The notes: a model not told the origin generated them from the sequence alone. A DNA stretch of 64,000 nt from an uncultured Methanosarcinaceae archaeon (GCA_963727895.1 CAVSHT010000011.1:224001-288000); one strand, 5' to 3'. Shown: positions 33,599 to 44,370, numbered from the stretch's first letter. Numbers and translations: made by a program.

Positions 33599-34518
33599 TA
33601 ATCCAATGCTAAATACTTCTGGGTTAAATATCAAATCATTTTTAACGTTAATTATTTTATTAAAAACCGGTAACCAGGGGATGTCGTCTCTAATTGTTGG
33701 GGCTTTTGTGTGTGAATTATGGATATGGAATCCTTTTATTGATTCTTCAGGTATCATTTCAATGTTATTGATAAAATGACTATTTACATTGTTAGAATAA
33801 TTCTTGGATACTTGTGTATACATAGTCCTGAAATCTACAACGAAGCCTATATGCTTCTGATATGAAGGATGATTCTTAACTAAATACTCCCAAAATTATT
33901 TCATCTGTATGCCATTTGAAATTACATGTCCTGTCCTATTTTCAATAAGAATTGTTTGCTTCACTTTAGATTCTTTTTTAAAATTATTAAATAATTTTAT
34001 AGCAGATTCAGCAATGAATTGATTTGTATTAGGCTTTTTTCCTGGATGAATTTCTATCACGGAAGGAGGTAATCCAATGTGCTTAACAATATCGATGTTC
34101 ATTTCTATAAATTGACTTACCCATGGTTCACTATACCACTTTAAATAGCATTTAGAGGCTAGAGCCGGTTCTGTGTGAAAAATATATTTAATATCTTTTG
34201 GAAGTTTATCGTCTTTCAAATATAATTTATTTATAGCTTCTTTTGTTAGAAATTCACCAACACTTAATCCTAAAAATTCAGTTTCGGTGTTTCTGACAAA
34301 ATGAGCAGGTACCTCTACAAAATAAAACTATATTGTTTTGCTTTTACCCATCGATTAAGTAATCCCCTTCTACAATTTTTAGAGTTAACTTCACCTACAT
34401 TAGGAAATACAAACCATGTTTCACTTATACACACCAAAATAATTATTACTGTTTACCCGCTTATTATACTTTTGTTGACTTCATGGTTCTTGACAGCTTG
34501 CAGCAAATCTCTTCAATC

Positions 34519-35607
34519 TTATAGTAAATATCTTCTTGAACTCAAGACTGATCTGAGAATCTCGTCACTTCCAGCCTTTTCGATTTTGATGTCAGAAGAC
34601 TTTTCAATTATCTCAAAATTGAAGGGCAAACGCTTCCTAACTTCTCCTATAAGCTGAAAATCACCGTTAAGAAAAACATAATCAATAAACTTATTTTCTT
34701 CTAGAATCTTATCCAGTACCTCGATGACTTTGTCCATGTGATGCGCGATGTCTTCTTCTCTCAGGCGCTCAAAGCGGCGCTGGCTAAAGCCTCCTTTGCT
34801 GTGTTTTTCCTTTACGCTGCTGCGGATAAGTTCCTCAGTATCAAAAAGCCTCCCATCGGCAGTAAAACCTATGAAGGATTCACCAGCATGCAGGACAAGG
34901 ACTAAAATGTGGTAACTCTCACTCAAACTCTCTTCAAGCAAAGAAACATCAAAACTGTGATCACACTGCCAGAATGGTGAAGCAATTGGGATAGGAGGGA
35001 CTATAGCTTCGCATACCATGCGGTGAATATCATAGAAAAGTACAAATCCGGTTTCAGGTTCAAGCCTCTCAAGAAGCGTAAGAATTTTCTCTTCTATGCT
35101 TTCAATAAGCTTTTCACTTAGTACTTCTGATACGCGAGTATTCGGAGGCAAGTAAACAGTCAGCAAGTCGTCTGCCGGAGCTTGAAAGGATTTGAGTTTA
35201 GACAGGTAAGCCTGAACAGCTTGTAGGCTCAGAGTTTCAATTCCACGGAACTTCAGTTTGTCCTCTGATTCAGTTCTAATAGTTTCGATCTCGTGGGATA
35301 GAGTCTGAGTTCGAATACGTTCCTGGTTTAAAAGGGCTTCAACTTCCTGTCTGTCCGCTACCGCCTGTCGTGCAAGACCCTCTCTTTTTTCAAGCTGGAT
35401 TTTTGCACTCTGCATGTCACGTTCCAGTTTAATGATCTGCGAGTTGAGTCGCTCTACCTCAAGTTCAAGTTCTCCTTTTCCTGAAATTTTTCCTATCAAT
35501 GTACTAAAACCCTTTTTCGTACCTTTAGAGGTTTCTTTTTTTGCTTTTTTGTCGTTAATTTGCCTCCCTCCTGCCCATGCGTAACTGCTTTGCGAAAATA
35601 GCTTCAA
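34519..35607 (-). CDS. VLRF1 (Vms1/ANKZF1-like) release-factor-fold protein with coiled-coil N-terminus
   Basis: KHSKGGFSQRRFERLR motif; start uncertain. Confidence 0.75.
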   Translation of the reverse strand: MKLFSQSSYAWAGGRQINDKKAKKETSKGTKKGFSTLIGKISGKGELELEVERLNSQIIKLERDMQSAKIQLEKREGLARQAVADRQEVEALLNQERIRTQTLSHEIETIRTESEDKLKFRGIETLSLQAVQAYLSKLKSFQAPADDLLTVYLPPNTRVSEVLSEKLIESIEEKILTLLERLEPETGFVLFYDIHRMVCEAIVPPIPIASPFWQCDHSFDVSLLEESLSESYHILVLVLHAGESFIGFTADGRLFDTEELIRSSVKEKHSKGGFSQRRFERLREEDIAHHMDKVIEVLDKILEENKFIDYVFLNGDFQLIGEVRKRLPFNFEIIEKSSDIKIEKAGSDEILRSVLSSRRYLL

Positions 35608-36015
35608 GTGTAACCTTTCCGGTAGAAAGTTTGACCAATGGTCTTATCTGGCTTGTGGTCAAGCGAGTAATTAAAATTTTTGTGAATACGTTTGTCGAAA
35701 ACTCTAGATACAGCGCAACGTTTGAGGCTCAATGTTTGAGATATTAATAAGTAAGAGTTATTTATATAGACTCTTTGTCAATTTTAATCCTTTGTATTTC
35801 GAAAGTTTTATGAATATCATATTGAATGTCAGTTTGCTTTCAAGAACATTTTCTGAAAAGCAAAATGAGTTAAAAAATTATTGCCAGTTTATTAACCTTA
35901 TAGATCACTCTGCTGCCCGAATATAATTTTTCGTTGACAGTTCTTTAAAACAAGATGGGCAGAAGGACTCAAACCGAGAAATACCCGATCAAATAGATCG
36001 GATCGAGTAGATGAA

Positions 36016-37275
36016 ATGGATAAAGAAGAACAACAAAAGGCCACCAGGTCCAGAGCCGAAAAATTTCATCCCACACTCTGGATCCAGGGACAGAAGAGTT
36101 CTTCCCTCGCTGGAAAGACCATAGCTCTTGGCATTACGGGAAGTATTGGAGCGGTCAGGGTAGTTGAACTTGCAAGAGAGCTGATAAGAAATGGGGCTGA
36201 AGTTCATGCTGTTATGACAGAGGCTGCTACGCACATCCTGCACCCTGATTCTCTTTATTATGCTACAGGAAATCCGGTAATTACCGAAATTGGAGGCAGG
36301 GTTGAGCATGTAGAATTTTGCGGGCTCAAAGGCAGAGCTGACCTTCTCCTTATAGCTCCCTCAACTGCAAACACTATCGGAAAAATTGCATACGGAATCG
36401 ATGATACTCCGGTAACTTCATTTGTAACAACTGCTCTTGGTTCTGGTATACCAGTGATGGTCGTTCCTGCAATGCATGAATCAATGTTCAGACATCCTGC
36501 TGTAGCTGAAAATCTTGTGAAATTGAAAAGCTGGGGAATCTCTATTGTGGGTCCCAGGCTTGAAGAAGGAATCGCAAAAATTGCGGCAAATGAAGAAATT
36601 GTGCTTGAGGTAGAAAGGACTCTCGGAAATAAAACCCTTAAAAACAAAAAGATAATTATCACGAGCGGTTCTACTGCTGAAAGCCTGGACCCAATCCGAA
36701 TCCTGACTAACCGGGCTTCAGGAAAGACTGGCAGAGAACTTGCCCTTGAAGCTTATCGCAATGGGGCTGATGTAACCCTTGTCCATAGGAATCGAATTGG
36801 ATTTGCAAGGATAAAGGAGATTTTTGCAGAAAGTGCAGCAGACATGACAGATGCTGTACTCCTAGAACTTGAGAAAAATTATGATGTCCTCATCAGTTCG
36901 GCAGCTATTGCAGACTATACAACCGATTTTTCTCCCGAAAAGATCAAATCGGGAGGTGAACTTACTTTAAAATTGAAACCAACTCGTAAACTGATAAAAG
37001 AATGCCGTGAAAAATACCCTGATCTCATGATTGTTGGTTTCAAGGCTGAAACCGGGGTTGAAAAAGAGGAACTCCTAAAAAGAGCAACTTTGACTCTTAA
37101 AACGTCAAAACTTAATCTTATTGCAGCAAACGATGTCGTAAAAGGCGGAATGGGTACAGAAGAGAATGAACTTTATCTTTTAAGGTCCAAAAAAAGCGAA
37201 CCCAGGCATGTAAGTGGTAATAAACGCAAAATAGCAGCTTCTATTCTCGAAGAAGTAGCTGAGTTATTAATATAA
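36016..37275 (+). CDS. coaBC: Phosphopantothenoylcysteine decarboxylase/ligase
   Basis: LGITGSIGA, PSTANTIGK, PAMHESM, DPIRILTNRASGKTG, VGFKAE. Confidence 0.96.
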   Translation: MDKEEQQKATRSRAEKFHPTLWIQGQKSSSLAGKTIALGITGSIGAVRVVELARELIRNGAEVHAVMTEAATHILHPDSLYYATGNPVITEIGGRVEHVEFCGLKGRADLLLIAPSTANTIGKIAYGIDDTPVTSFVTTALGSGIPVMVVPAMHESMFRHPAVAENLVKLKSWGISIVGPRLEEGIAKIAANEEIVLEVERTLGNKTLKNKKIIITSGSTAESLDPIRILTNRASGKTGRELALEAYRNGADVTLVHRNRIGFARIKEIFAESAADMTDAVLLELEKNYDVLISSAAIADYTTDFSPEKIKSGGELTLKLKPTRKLIKECREKYPDLMIVGFKAETGVEKEELLKRATLTLKTSKLNLIAANDVVKGGMGTEENELYLLRSKKSEPRHVSGNKRKIAASILEEVAELLI

Positions 37276-37412
37276 TTATTCTGCTGTAATATACTATCAG
37301 ATTATTCCACAATTATCAGATTATTCTACAAAAGTCCGGAAATATTCCGTAAAAATTCTGTAAAACAGGAACGAACTTTAAAAATGACTGAATTGATAAA
37401 AAGGCGTTTTTT

Positions 37413-38315
37413 ATGTATGAGTATGAAAATGAAGGAGCAGACCTTTTGACAAAAGCTTATGCTCCAGGACATATCACAGGGTTTTTCCAGATTCACGAGC
37501 ATGAAAACCCTCATCGTAAAGGATCAACAGGCTGCGGAATCGTTCTTAACGGCGGCGTAACCACCGAAGTTCAGGTCGGAGAAGCAATAGAAAAAACTGA
37601 AATTTTCCTTAACGGAAAAAGGGTCGAAGGAAAAACTACCCGAACAGTCGCAGAGATGATGACTGAGTTACCTGTAAAAATAAAGAGCTGGGCAGAAATT
37701 CCAACAGGATGCGGGTTTGGAGCTTCCGGTGCAGGAGCTCTTGGGACAGCCTATGCTCTAAATAGGGCACTTTCCCTAAATCAGACCGTAAAAAGCCTTA
37801 CTGAATATGCCCACGTAGCCGAAGTTGTTAACTGCAGCGGACTTGGAGATATTGCTGCCCAGTCCAATGGTGGGGTAGTAATCAGGCTACAGCCAGGTGG
37901 TCCAGAGTTTGGGCTTATAGATAGAATTCCAGCTCCCGAAGCCAGAGTTTTTTGTATTGTTCTTGGTGAGATCTCTACTGGCTCGGTTCTGAGGGACGAA
38001 GCTGCAGCCGAAAGAATTAATATTGCAGGAAAAATTGCAATGTCTGAACTGCTTAAAAAACCCACTCTTGAGAATTTTATGCAGCAGGCACAATCATTTG
38101 CCAGTAAAACCGAACTTATGAGCAGCAGAGCAAAAGATGTGATTGAAGCTGCAAACGCATTTGGAGGACTTGCTTCCCAGGCAATGCTTGGTGATACAGT
38201 TTTTGCGATTGCCCCTAATTCCCAGGAATTTGCTCTCTATGAAACTCTCCAGGAATTCGGACAAGTACTGGAATACGGAATCGGTACCTGTGTGCCGAAG
38301 TTAATGAATGAATAA
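37413..38315 (+). CDS. pok: Pantoate kinase (GHMP family)
   Basis: PGHITGFF, GSTGCG, PTGCGFGASG, SQAMLG; CoA cluster context. Confidence 0.92.
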   Translation: MYEYENEGADLLTKAYAPGHITGFFQIHEHENPHRKGSTGCGIVLNGGVTTEVQVGEAIEKTEIFLNGKRVEGKTTRTVAEMMTELPVKIKSWAEIPTGCGFGASGAGALGTAYALNRALSLNQTVKSLTEYAHVAEVVNCSGLGDIAAQSNGGVVIRLQPGGPEFGLIDRIPAPEARVFCIVLGEISTGSVLRDEAAAERINIAGKIAMSELLKKPTLENFMQQAQSFASKTELMSSRAKDVIEAANAFGGLASQAMLGDTVFAIAPNSQEFALYETLQEFGQVLEYGIGTCVPKLMNE

Positions 38316-38507
38316 GTTCAGCAGAACACATTTTGAATAAAGTAAATAGGGTATGTATAGAGTGTTAGTGCAGGTGTTTTACCTGAGTGATCTGAAATAA
38401 TCAGGTAATTAAAACAGGCAATTATACCAAAACTAATGAAATTAATTTGCTGATTTATAATATACTAAAAGGACTAAAAATGAACTAAAAAAAGGCAAGC
38501 GACTAAT

Positions 38508-39269
38508 ATGACCGAGATTCCAAAAGATCATCCAAGGTATGAATCCCTGTTAGCCCGTGAAAAAGTTGCATCCGGAGTAAAAATGGGAATTACAAGTATT
38601 CAAGGGCTAATTTCCCAGGGAAGAGGAGAAAGTTTTGATTACCTTATAGGAGAAAGAAGCACCAAATCGGCCCTGAACGCTGAAAGAGCTGCAGTTGCTG
38701 CCATTCTCCTGGCAAAAAATCCTGTAATTTCTGTAAACGGTAATGCAGCGGCTCTGGCTCCTGATAAAATTGTTGCTCTTGCAGACGTTACAGGGGCAAA
38801 GCTTGAAGTGAATCTTTTTCATAGAACTGAAACAAGAGTTCACCTTATTATAGAACAACTAAAAGCTAACGGGGCTTCTGAGGTGCTCGGTAAAAATCCG
38901 GATGCGAGCCTTGAACTCTCTCACGACAGGCGGCTGGTAGAAAGCCGAGGGATCTATTCAGCAGACGTAGTGCTTGTTCCACTGGAAGATGGAGATAGAT
39001 GTGAAAAGCTTGTAGAAATGAGAAAGACTGTTATAACTATTGACCTGAACCCCCTTTCACGAACCTCAAGGACAGCTACAATTTCAATAGTTGATAATCT
39101 TACTAGGGCTCTCGAAAATATGATCAGGTTCAGTATGGATCTGAGAAAGGAAAGAAAAGAAGAACTTGTAAAATTAATCACAACTTATGATAACAAAAAA
39201 GCCCTTAATGAAGCGATTTCTGAAATTCAGGAACATCTTAAAGTTATGAGTGTAGAATTGGAACGTTGA
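38508..39269 (+). CDS. pps: Phosphopantothenate synthetase
   Basis: IPKDHPRY, GRGESFDY, SVNGN, VPLEDGDR, IDLNPLSRT. Confidence 0.94.
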   Translation: MTEIPKDHPRYESLLAREKVASGVKMGITSIQGLISQGRGESFDYLIGERSTKSALNAERAAVAAILLAKNPVISVNGNAAALAPDKIVALADVTGAKLEVNLFHRTETRVHLIIEQLKANGASEVLGKNPDASLELSHDRRLVESRGIYSADVVLVPLEDGDRCEKLVEMRKTVITIDLNPLSRTSRTATISIVDNLTRALENMIRFSMDLRKERKEELVKLITTYDNKKALNEAISEIQEHLKVMSVELER

Positions 39270-39925
39270 GTATGGAATTAATTGAAAAAACAAGGGAATT
39301 TGTAGCTACTTTTCTTGAAGGAGAACCAAGTTCCCATGATATGTCCCATATAAACCGGGTAGAAGCTTTTTGCCTGGAAATTCAAAAAGAAGAAGGTGGA
39401 GATCTTCTCATATTGCAGCTTGCAGCTCTCCTTCATGATGTTGGCGTTATTAGAGAGCACGAAGAAGGTGGGGACCATGCCGTATATAGCGCAGAAATTG
39501 CTTTTGAGTTCCTTTCTAAAGCAGGGCTCGAAAAAGAAGTTATTGAAGCTGTTACAAACTGTATTCGGACACACCGATTCAGCTCAGGAGAAATCCCGGA
39601 GACTCTCGAAGCCCGAATTTTGCAGGATGCCGACCGGCTTGATGCCCTTGGAGCAATAGGAATTTTCAGGTCCATTCTTTCTATGGGAGCTCTCAGGATG
39701 TTAAAATATACAACAGGGATGGATAAGGGAAGTTCAAAAAGAACTGTGTATATTGAAGACCCTGTTGAAGGCTTTAACGAATATATGCAGTATAAACCTT
39801 TCACGATTCCTGAAAAGTTGAATACTGATACTGCGAAAAAGATCGCCGAAGAAAGACTGAAAATCATGCGAATTTATCTTAAAGCTCTGAACCTTGAGGC
39901 CGGAATTGATGAAAGAGGGCTCTAA
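39266..39925 (+). CDS. HD-domain phosphohydrolase
   Basis: HDMSHINRV, LLHD, DADRLDALGA. Confidence 0.9.
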   Translation: MSMELIEKTREFVATFLEGEPSSHDMSHINRVEAFCLEIQKEEGGDLLILQLAALLHDVGVIREHEEGGDHAVYSAEIAFEFLSKAGLEKEVIEAVTNCIRTHRFSSGEIPETLEARILQDADRLDALGAIGIFRSILSMGALRMLKYTTGMDKGSSKRTVYIEDPVEGFNEYMQYKPFTIPEKLNTDTAKKIAEERLKIMRIYLKALNLEAGIDERGL

Positions 39926-40052
39926 GAGTTATCCGAAAAGTATTGTTACCTATTGTAATTTTTAGAGACTTTTTATTATTTTTGATATTTATTACATATA
40001 TAAAACAGAAGATAATTCACTGCTTCAAAATCTGTCTACACAAATTGATTTT

Positions 40053-40121
40053 TAAAAAACACAAAAAATTCGTGGGAAGAATGAATTGAATTAATAAAAA
40101 ACCTTATTCTTTTCTGATGAA
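40053..40121 (+). pseudogene. Remnant of the hicA 3' end
   Basis: Close similarity to 2452-2520 (GGGAAGAATG.ATTGAATTAATAAAAA.CCTT.TTCTTTTCTGATGAA). Confidence 0.75.
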
Positions 40122-40762
40122 CGCAACAATTGAATAAAAACGAAATTCGTATATAGTCTTTCGTAATATGTAAAACTGATTTTTATAAGTAGGTATTGAG
40201 GAGGGAGTAATTCCCCCCTCTTTGTGCACTAACACAATCCGTTTTTTAAGCACATTGAGTAAAGTATTCGCATATCTCGTTTTTTAGTACTATAAAAGTT
40301 TTACTCAATCGTTTGAGTTAGACGTTTGTTTTTAAAGCTAGTGTCATATGACTTAGCTTTAGTGACTGATCTATTGTATCATAGTATATATACTTATTTA
40401 TATTTGTTATTTTTTATGTTAATACTTTTTATATTTGATTACTGCGCTAGTTTTTGCCTGATTCATGGGTAATTTGATCTGGATCGCTTGGACAGTCGCA
40501 ATTAAAAAAGGATTATCTGTGTAAAGTCAGAAAACAGTAAGTCGCTTAGAGAAATATCAGTATTTTTCTCAGGTTTATGTACCTGAACTGAGAAATAGTA
40601 ACAAATATTAAAATGTTCGTATTTGATATAGAATATCTAAAAATTGAGAGAAAAATAAGTGATTTTTCTTTTAAAATACGAACATTATAGGTCAAAACGT
40701 TCGTGTATCAAAGTGCCCCGTAAAATTAGATTTTAGCATGAAAGTACATGAGGAGATTATCC

Positions 40763-42027
40763 TCACGTGCTCTCCTGATCCTTTTTCCCCATAATCGCAA
40801 ATATTTCACTAATTATTTTAATCCGTTCATCAACCGAAAAAATCTCAGTTTCAATAATCTTTCTCTTTTGGATTTCTCCCTTTTGATATCCGGTTTCATC
40901 TTCGTCCATCTCATCATTTGTAATAAGATGCCATAGTATCGTTGCAATTTTCCTTGCTAAGGCAATAATTGCTTTTGCATGTCCAATCGACTTCTTTTTT
41001 CTGTTAAAAAACTCTTTTAACCTGCTATTCTTCTTTCTTGCTGCTGCTTGAGCAATCTGTGTCAGAATCCACCTTGCTACTTTTGATCCCCTCTTTGTGA
41101 TTCTGCCGTTATAGTATTTATCTGCAGATTGATACACATTAGGAACTAGACCAAGCCAAGAAGCAAGCTTATTTCCAGAAGAAAAATCCTTAAAGTTGCC
41201 TATTTCAGCAAGTAAAATTGCCGCACCAAGTTCCCCTATACTTGGAACTGACATTAAAATCTCCATTTCTCGCTTATGATTTCGAGAAGCATAATTAAAA
41301 ATTTCTGTTTCTAAAGCTTCGAGTTCATCATCAAGACTTTTTATGAGTATCAGACAGATCTGAAGTCTAAATGCAGCACTTTGAGAAATTTCTCGATCAA
41401 GAATTTCTCTTATCTGAGCAGCTTTTTTCCGAACATTTGGAGAGAGGCTTGCAATAATCTGATCAACACTCTTACCTGAAGAGATTCCTAATAAGATCAT
41501 TCTGCCATTCTTGCCAAAAACGTCTGTCAGCACATTATTCAGGTGTAGCATTTCAGATGCAAAAATTGAATTTCAGATGCAAGAATTGAGTGAGCTTTAT
41601 TTTTTAAATCTGTTCTTTTTTGTACAAGTGTTAACCGAAGTAGAACATATGATCTAAAATCTATATGATCCTTTGGAAAAACTCTTGATGGCTGAATCAT
41701 ATTATTAAGTGCAAGTTGTGCAATGACTTCTGAGTCAATCTTATATGTTTTTGTATGGGTAAATACCTTCATATCTCGCGCATTTCCAACTATCACAGTT
41801 AGATGCTTTACCAATGAATCATGAATCGGAACCCAAAAGTCGCTGGTTGATTCACATGCAACAACATCACATTTTTCTGATATTACCCAATTTTTAAGGG
41901 CTAAAATTCCTTCATCATCTCTGTTGAAGCGTTGCTGTTGTTTTTCACCAGATCTACTGAAAATTGTAGCAATGAAAAAGAGTTTGTGAATGTCTAAACC
42001 ACAAGCTTTGTTTATGACTTCAATCAA
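40763..42027 (-). pseudogene. IS110 recombinase, inactivated
   Basis: Same 20-bp duplication frameshift (41550-41589); KTD changed to KTY at a DEDD aspartate. Confidence 0.9.
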
Positions 42028-42046
42028 ATTAGATCACCAAATTTAT

Positions 42047-42180
42047 TTGGGCAGTGGAATTGCCTAAAAGGCCAATTTAGCATCCGTGATCAAAGTCACA
42101 CTTGAGCCTTCGATGGCAATTCACTGATTAGTTTTAGGACGGTTTTGAAAAACCAAAATCGAGACAACCTTACTGCCCAA
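42047..42180 (-). ncRNA. Putative IS110 bridge/seek RNA, copy 2
   Basis: Reverse complement of 5140-5273; no differences seen. Confidence 0.65.
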
Positions 42181-42268
42181 GGTAATGAGGGCTTAATAGT
42201 CAAAAAAAGAACGGAGAGTACTTTCATTAGTTGTGCTTGTTATTCAAAGAATATCATGTGCGTTTTAG

Positions 42269-42593
42269 GGGTAAGTCACGTTTCTGTCCAAAGATGGATA
42301 AAGAAATTTGGTCAGGAGTTAGAGGACCTAAAAATTGAAGAAAAAAGATATTGGAGAAGTGATGACAGATCACTAGAGAGCATATGCAGAGTTTCTTCCA
42401 GAAAAGAGTCATACTCAATCAAAAGCAGAAACATTTACAGTTGAGGGATATAACAGCATATTGAGGTATTTTCTGGCAAGGTTGAGAAGAAAGACAAAGT
42501 GTTATACAAAAAGTCTTGAAATGCTAAAGTACTCGGTTATTCTATTGATGAAATACAGAAATAAAGAACTAGATATAGTTAAGTAACAATGCC
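42269..42593 (+). mobile_element. 3' half of the IS1 cut by IS110, with an internal deletion
   Basis: Resumes (L)GVSHVSVQRWIKKFGQ exactly at the IS110 end; right end ...GTAACAATGCC at 42593. Confidence 0.9.
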
Positions 42594-42770
42594 GAATATT
42601 TTAATATTGGCATCTTACTGCGGGCAGCTTGCAAGCTTCAGAATTAGGTTTCTAATCCTGCCCGCAGTGTTTTGTTAACTCTGAACGTTTTTAATGTTGA
42701 ATTTATCCTAAATTCAGATTTTCTAGACTATCTATATGATAATGGACATATTCGTCTTCTGAACGCTGGT

Positions 42771-43229
42771 TTACTCAATCTGAATCTTTTTACTGGTTAT
42801 AGATTTCGTTTTAGGCAGCGTAACAGTTAAGACCCCATTTTTGAGCTGTGCAGTTGCACCTTCTTCGGTTACGCCATCGGGAAGAGGAATTTCACGGTAA
42901 TAGCGCATGAAAGATCTCTCTTTTCTGAGATAACCTTCTTTTTCGGTCTCTTCTTCGTTTCCTTTTCCTGCACTAATCACCAGAACATTATCTTTTAGAT
43001 CGAGCTCAACGTTTTCCTTGTCAACCCCAGGAAGATCAGTTGTCACAATAACTTTATCGTCTTCTTCCGCAACATCGGTTAGCGGAGAAAAAGTATCTGT
43101 TCCAAATCGGCTTTCCATTGTAGGGAAAGGTCTGAACATCTGTTCCATATAATTCTGCATTCTTCTGATCTCATCAAACGGGTCCCAGTTATACATCTCA
43201 CGATCTGTTCTTTTTATTGGAAATTTCAT
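42771..43229 (-). CDS. Small heat shock protein Hsp20
   Basis: DLPGVDKE, AQLKNGVLTVTLPK, C-terminal IQIE. Confidence 0.95.
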   Translation of the reverse strand: MKFPIKRTDREMYNWDPFDEIRRMQNYMEQMFRPFPTMESRFGTDTFSPLTDVAEEDDKVIVTTDLPGVDKENVELDLKDNVLVISAGKGNEEETEKEGYLRKERSFMRYYREIPLPDGVTEEGATAQLKNGVLTVTLPKTKSITSKKIQIE

Positions 43230-43610
43230 ATACAGATTCCTTCTTATTTTTGGATGTCAAGTTTATTTTTACTCAATTTCCCTGGTTTTTATTTGATTTT
43301 CCTATTTTTGTGATATGTAAATTTAATATTCGCTTAGAACAGTTTTTATTCCTTGATTTCAGAAAACTGCCTGAAAGGCATGGAAAAGAGTAATCGTACA
43401 GAGGCTCATTTTCACTCTTTTCCTCTTCTTGCAGGTATTATGAAAGAGAGTTTAAGGCTCTCAAGGCTCTTCGAAGGAGGAATAAATCCGTTTTTGAAGG
43501 CGTTAACAGGTTCGTCTTCTGTCTGTTCTCAGGTACTTGTAACATAACTTGCGGGTTGTACTTACAGTATTCATTAAATGATTTTGTAAGGGCATTAGTG
43601 TTCCGCAGTT

Positions 43611-43627
43611 ACTATCCAATGGATAGT
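43611..43627. promoter_or_regulatory. Inverted repeat next to a TATA-like box upstream of hsp20
   Basis: ACTATCC-AAT-GGATAGT, just downstream (minus strand) of TTTTATATA. Confidence 0.45.
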
Positions 43628-43914
43628 GTTATTACTATATAAAAGTTTTCATTATATTGGCTTAATAACCACAAAATAAATAGAAATATCAAGAAAATTG
43701 TATAATTTTCGAGAGAAAAAATACATAGTATTCAGGAAAAAAATTTTGGTTAGAACTGATGGTCAAAATTAAATTAATATCTTTCAATATAGATGTAGGA
43801 AAATTATTGAATTAAACAAGTATTAGAAATTGTCAATGTGTTTTGCCATAATTCATGAAAAGCTTTTCCGATAATCAAAGCTTCCTTATTTCAAGATTTA
43901 AGTTTGTCAAATAT

Positions 43915-44370
43915 TCAAATATATTTGAGTTTATCACATTCCATTAAAATCTGTATGTGCTCCGTATACTCATCAACCTCTTCGCCAATAGCTACAAATC
44001 CACACATTTCATAAAAACGAAAAGCACGTTTATTTTCTTTGTATACTTTTAAGGAGAGATTTCCTTTCAGGATTTTTGCGTGCTCCATAAGAGCTCTACC
44101 AATTCCTTTGCCCTGCATTTCCTGTGTCACAAAGAGAGCACAAACTCTTTCCCCAACAATAGAGATGAAACCTGCTATCTGCTCTTTCTCCTGATAAATA
44201 AAATTTTCGGCAAGAGGTAGGTACTTATCTTTCATTTCACTTTTTTGCAAAGCCCAAAATGATGCAGGGACAAAGGAATGAGCAATGATGGAAGCTTCAT
44301 ACCATATTCGTACCATATCTTCAAGATCAGTTTTACTGTAACTTCGGATCAATCTATCAGTTTCCTGCAT
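43915..44370 (-). CDS. GNAT N-acetyltransferase
   Basis: ALFV..QGKGIGRALM, N..A..FYE..GF. Confidence 0.9.
   Translation of the reverse strand: MQETDRLIRSYSKTDLEDMVRIWYEASIIAHSFVPASFWALQKSEMKDKYLPLAENFIYQEKEQIAGFISIVGERVCALFVTQEMQGKGIGRALMEHAKILKGNLSLKVYKENKRAFRFYEMCGFVAIGEEVDEYTEHIQILMECDKLKYI

Larger units (their letters stand above)
32287..34350 (-). pseudogene. TIM-barrel (AP endonuclease 2 / xylose-isomerase-like) gene interrupted by the IS481-like element
   Basis: IEIHPG, LIENR, VVDF, FHIH, NPEV; removing the IS restores ...FSIGL-AVETKRFC...SFN*; also TAA at 33896; 5' end uncertain. Confidence 0.65.
40731..42268 (-). mobile_element. IS110-family element, copy 2 (inverted relative to copy 1)
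   Basis: Near-identical to 5051-6588; bounded by TTTTAG on both sides. Confidence 0.93.

Noticed and set aside
13816..37330. Short two-copy direct repeats (about 13816, 20413, 30262, 37294) as operators
   Set aside because: Unrelated in sequence; best explained as local slippage duplications
42145..42444. 99-aa ORF across the IS110/IS1 junction
   Set aside because: Chimeric junction ORF, antisense to the putative bridge RNA
42617..42668. 11-bp GC-rich inverted repeat ACTGCGGGCAG/CTGCCCGCAGT
   Set aside because: Single copy downstream of hsp20; cannot distinguish terminator from repeat relic
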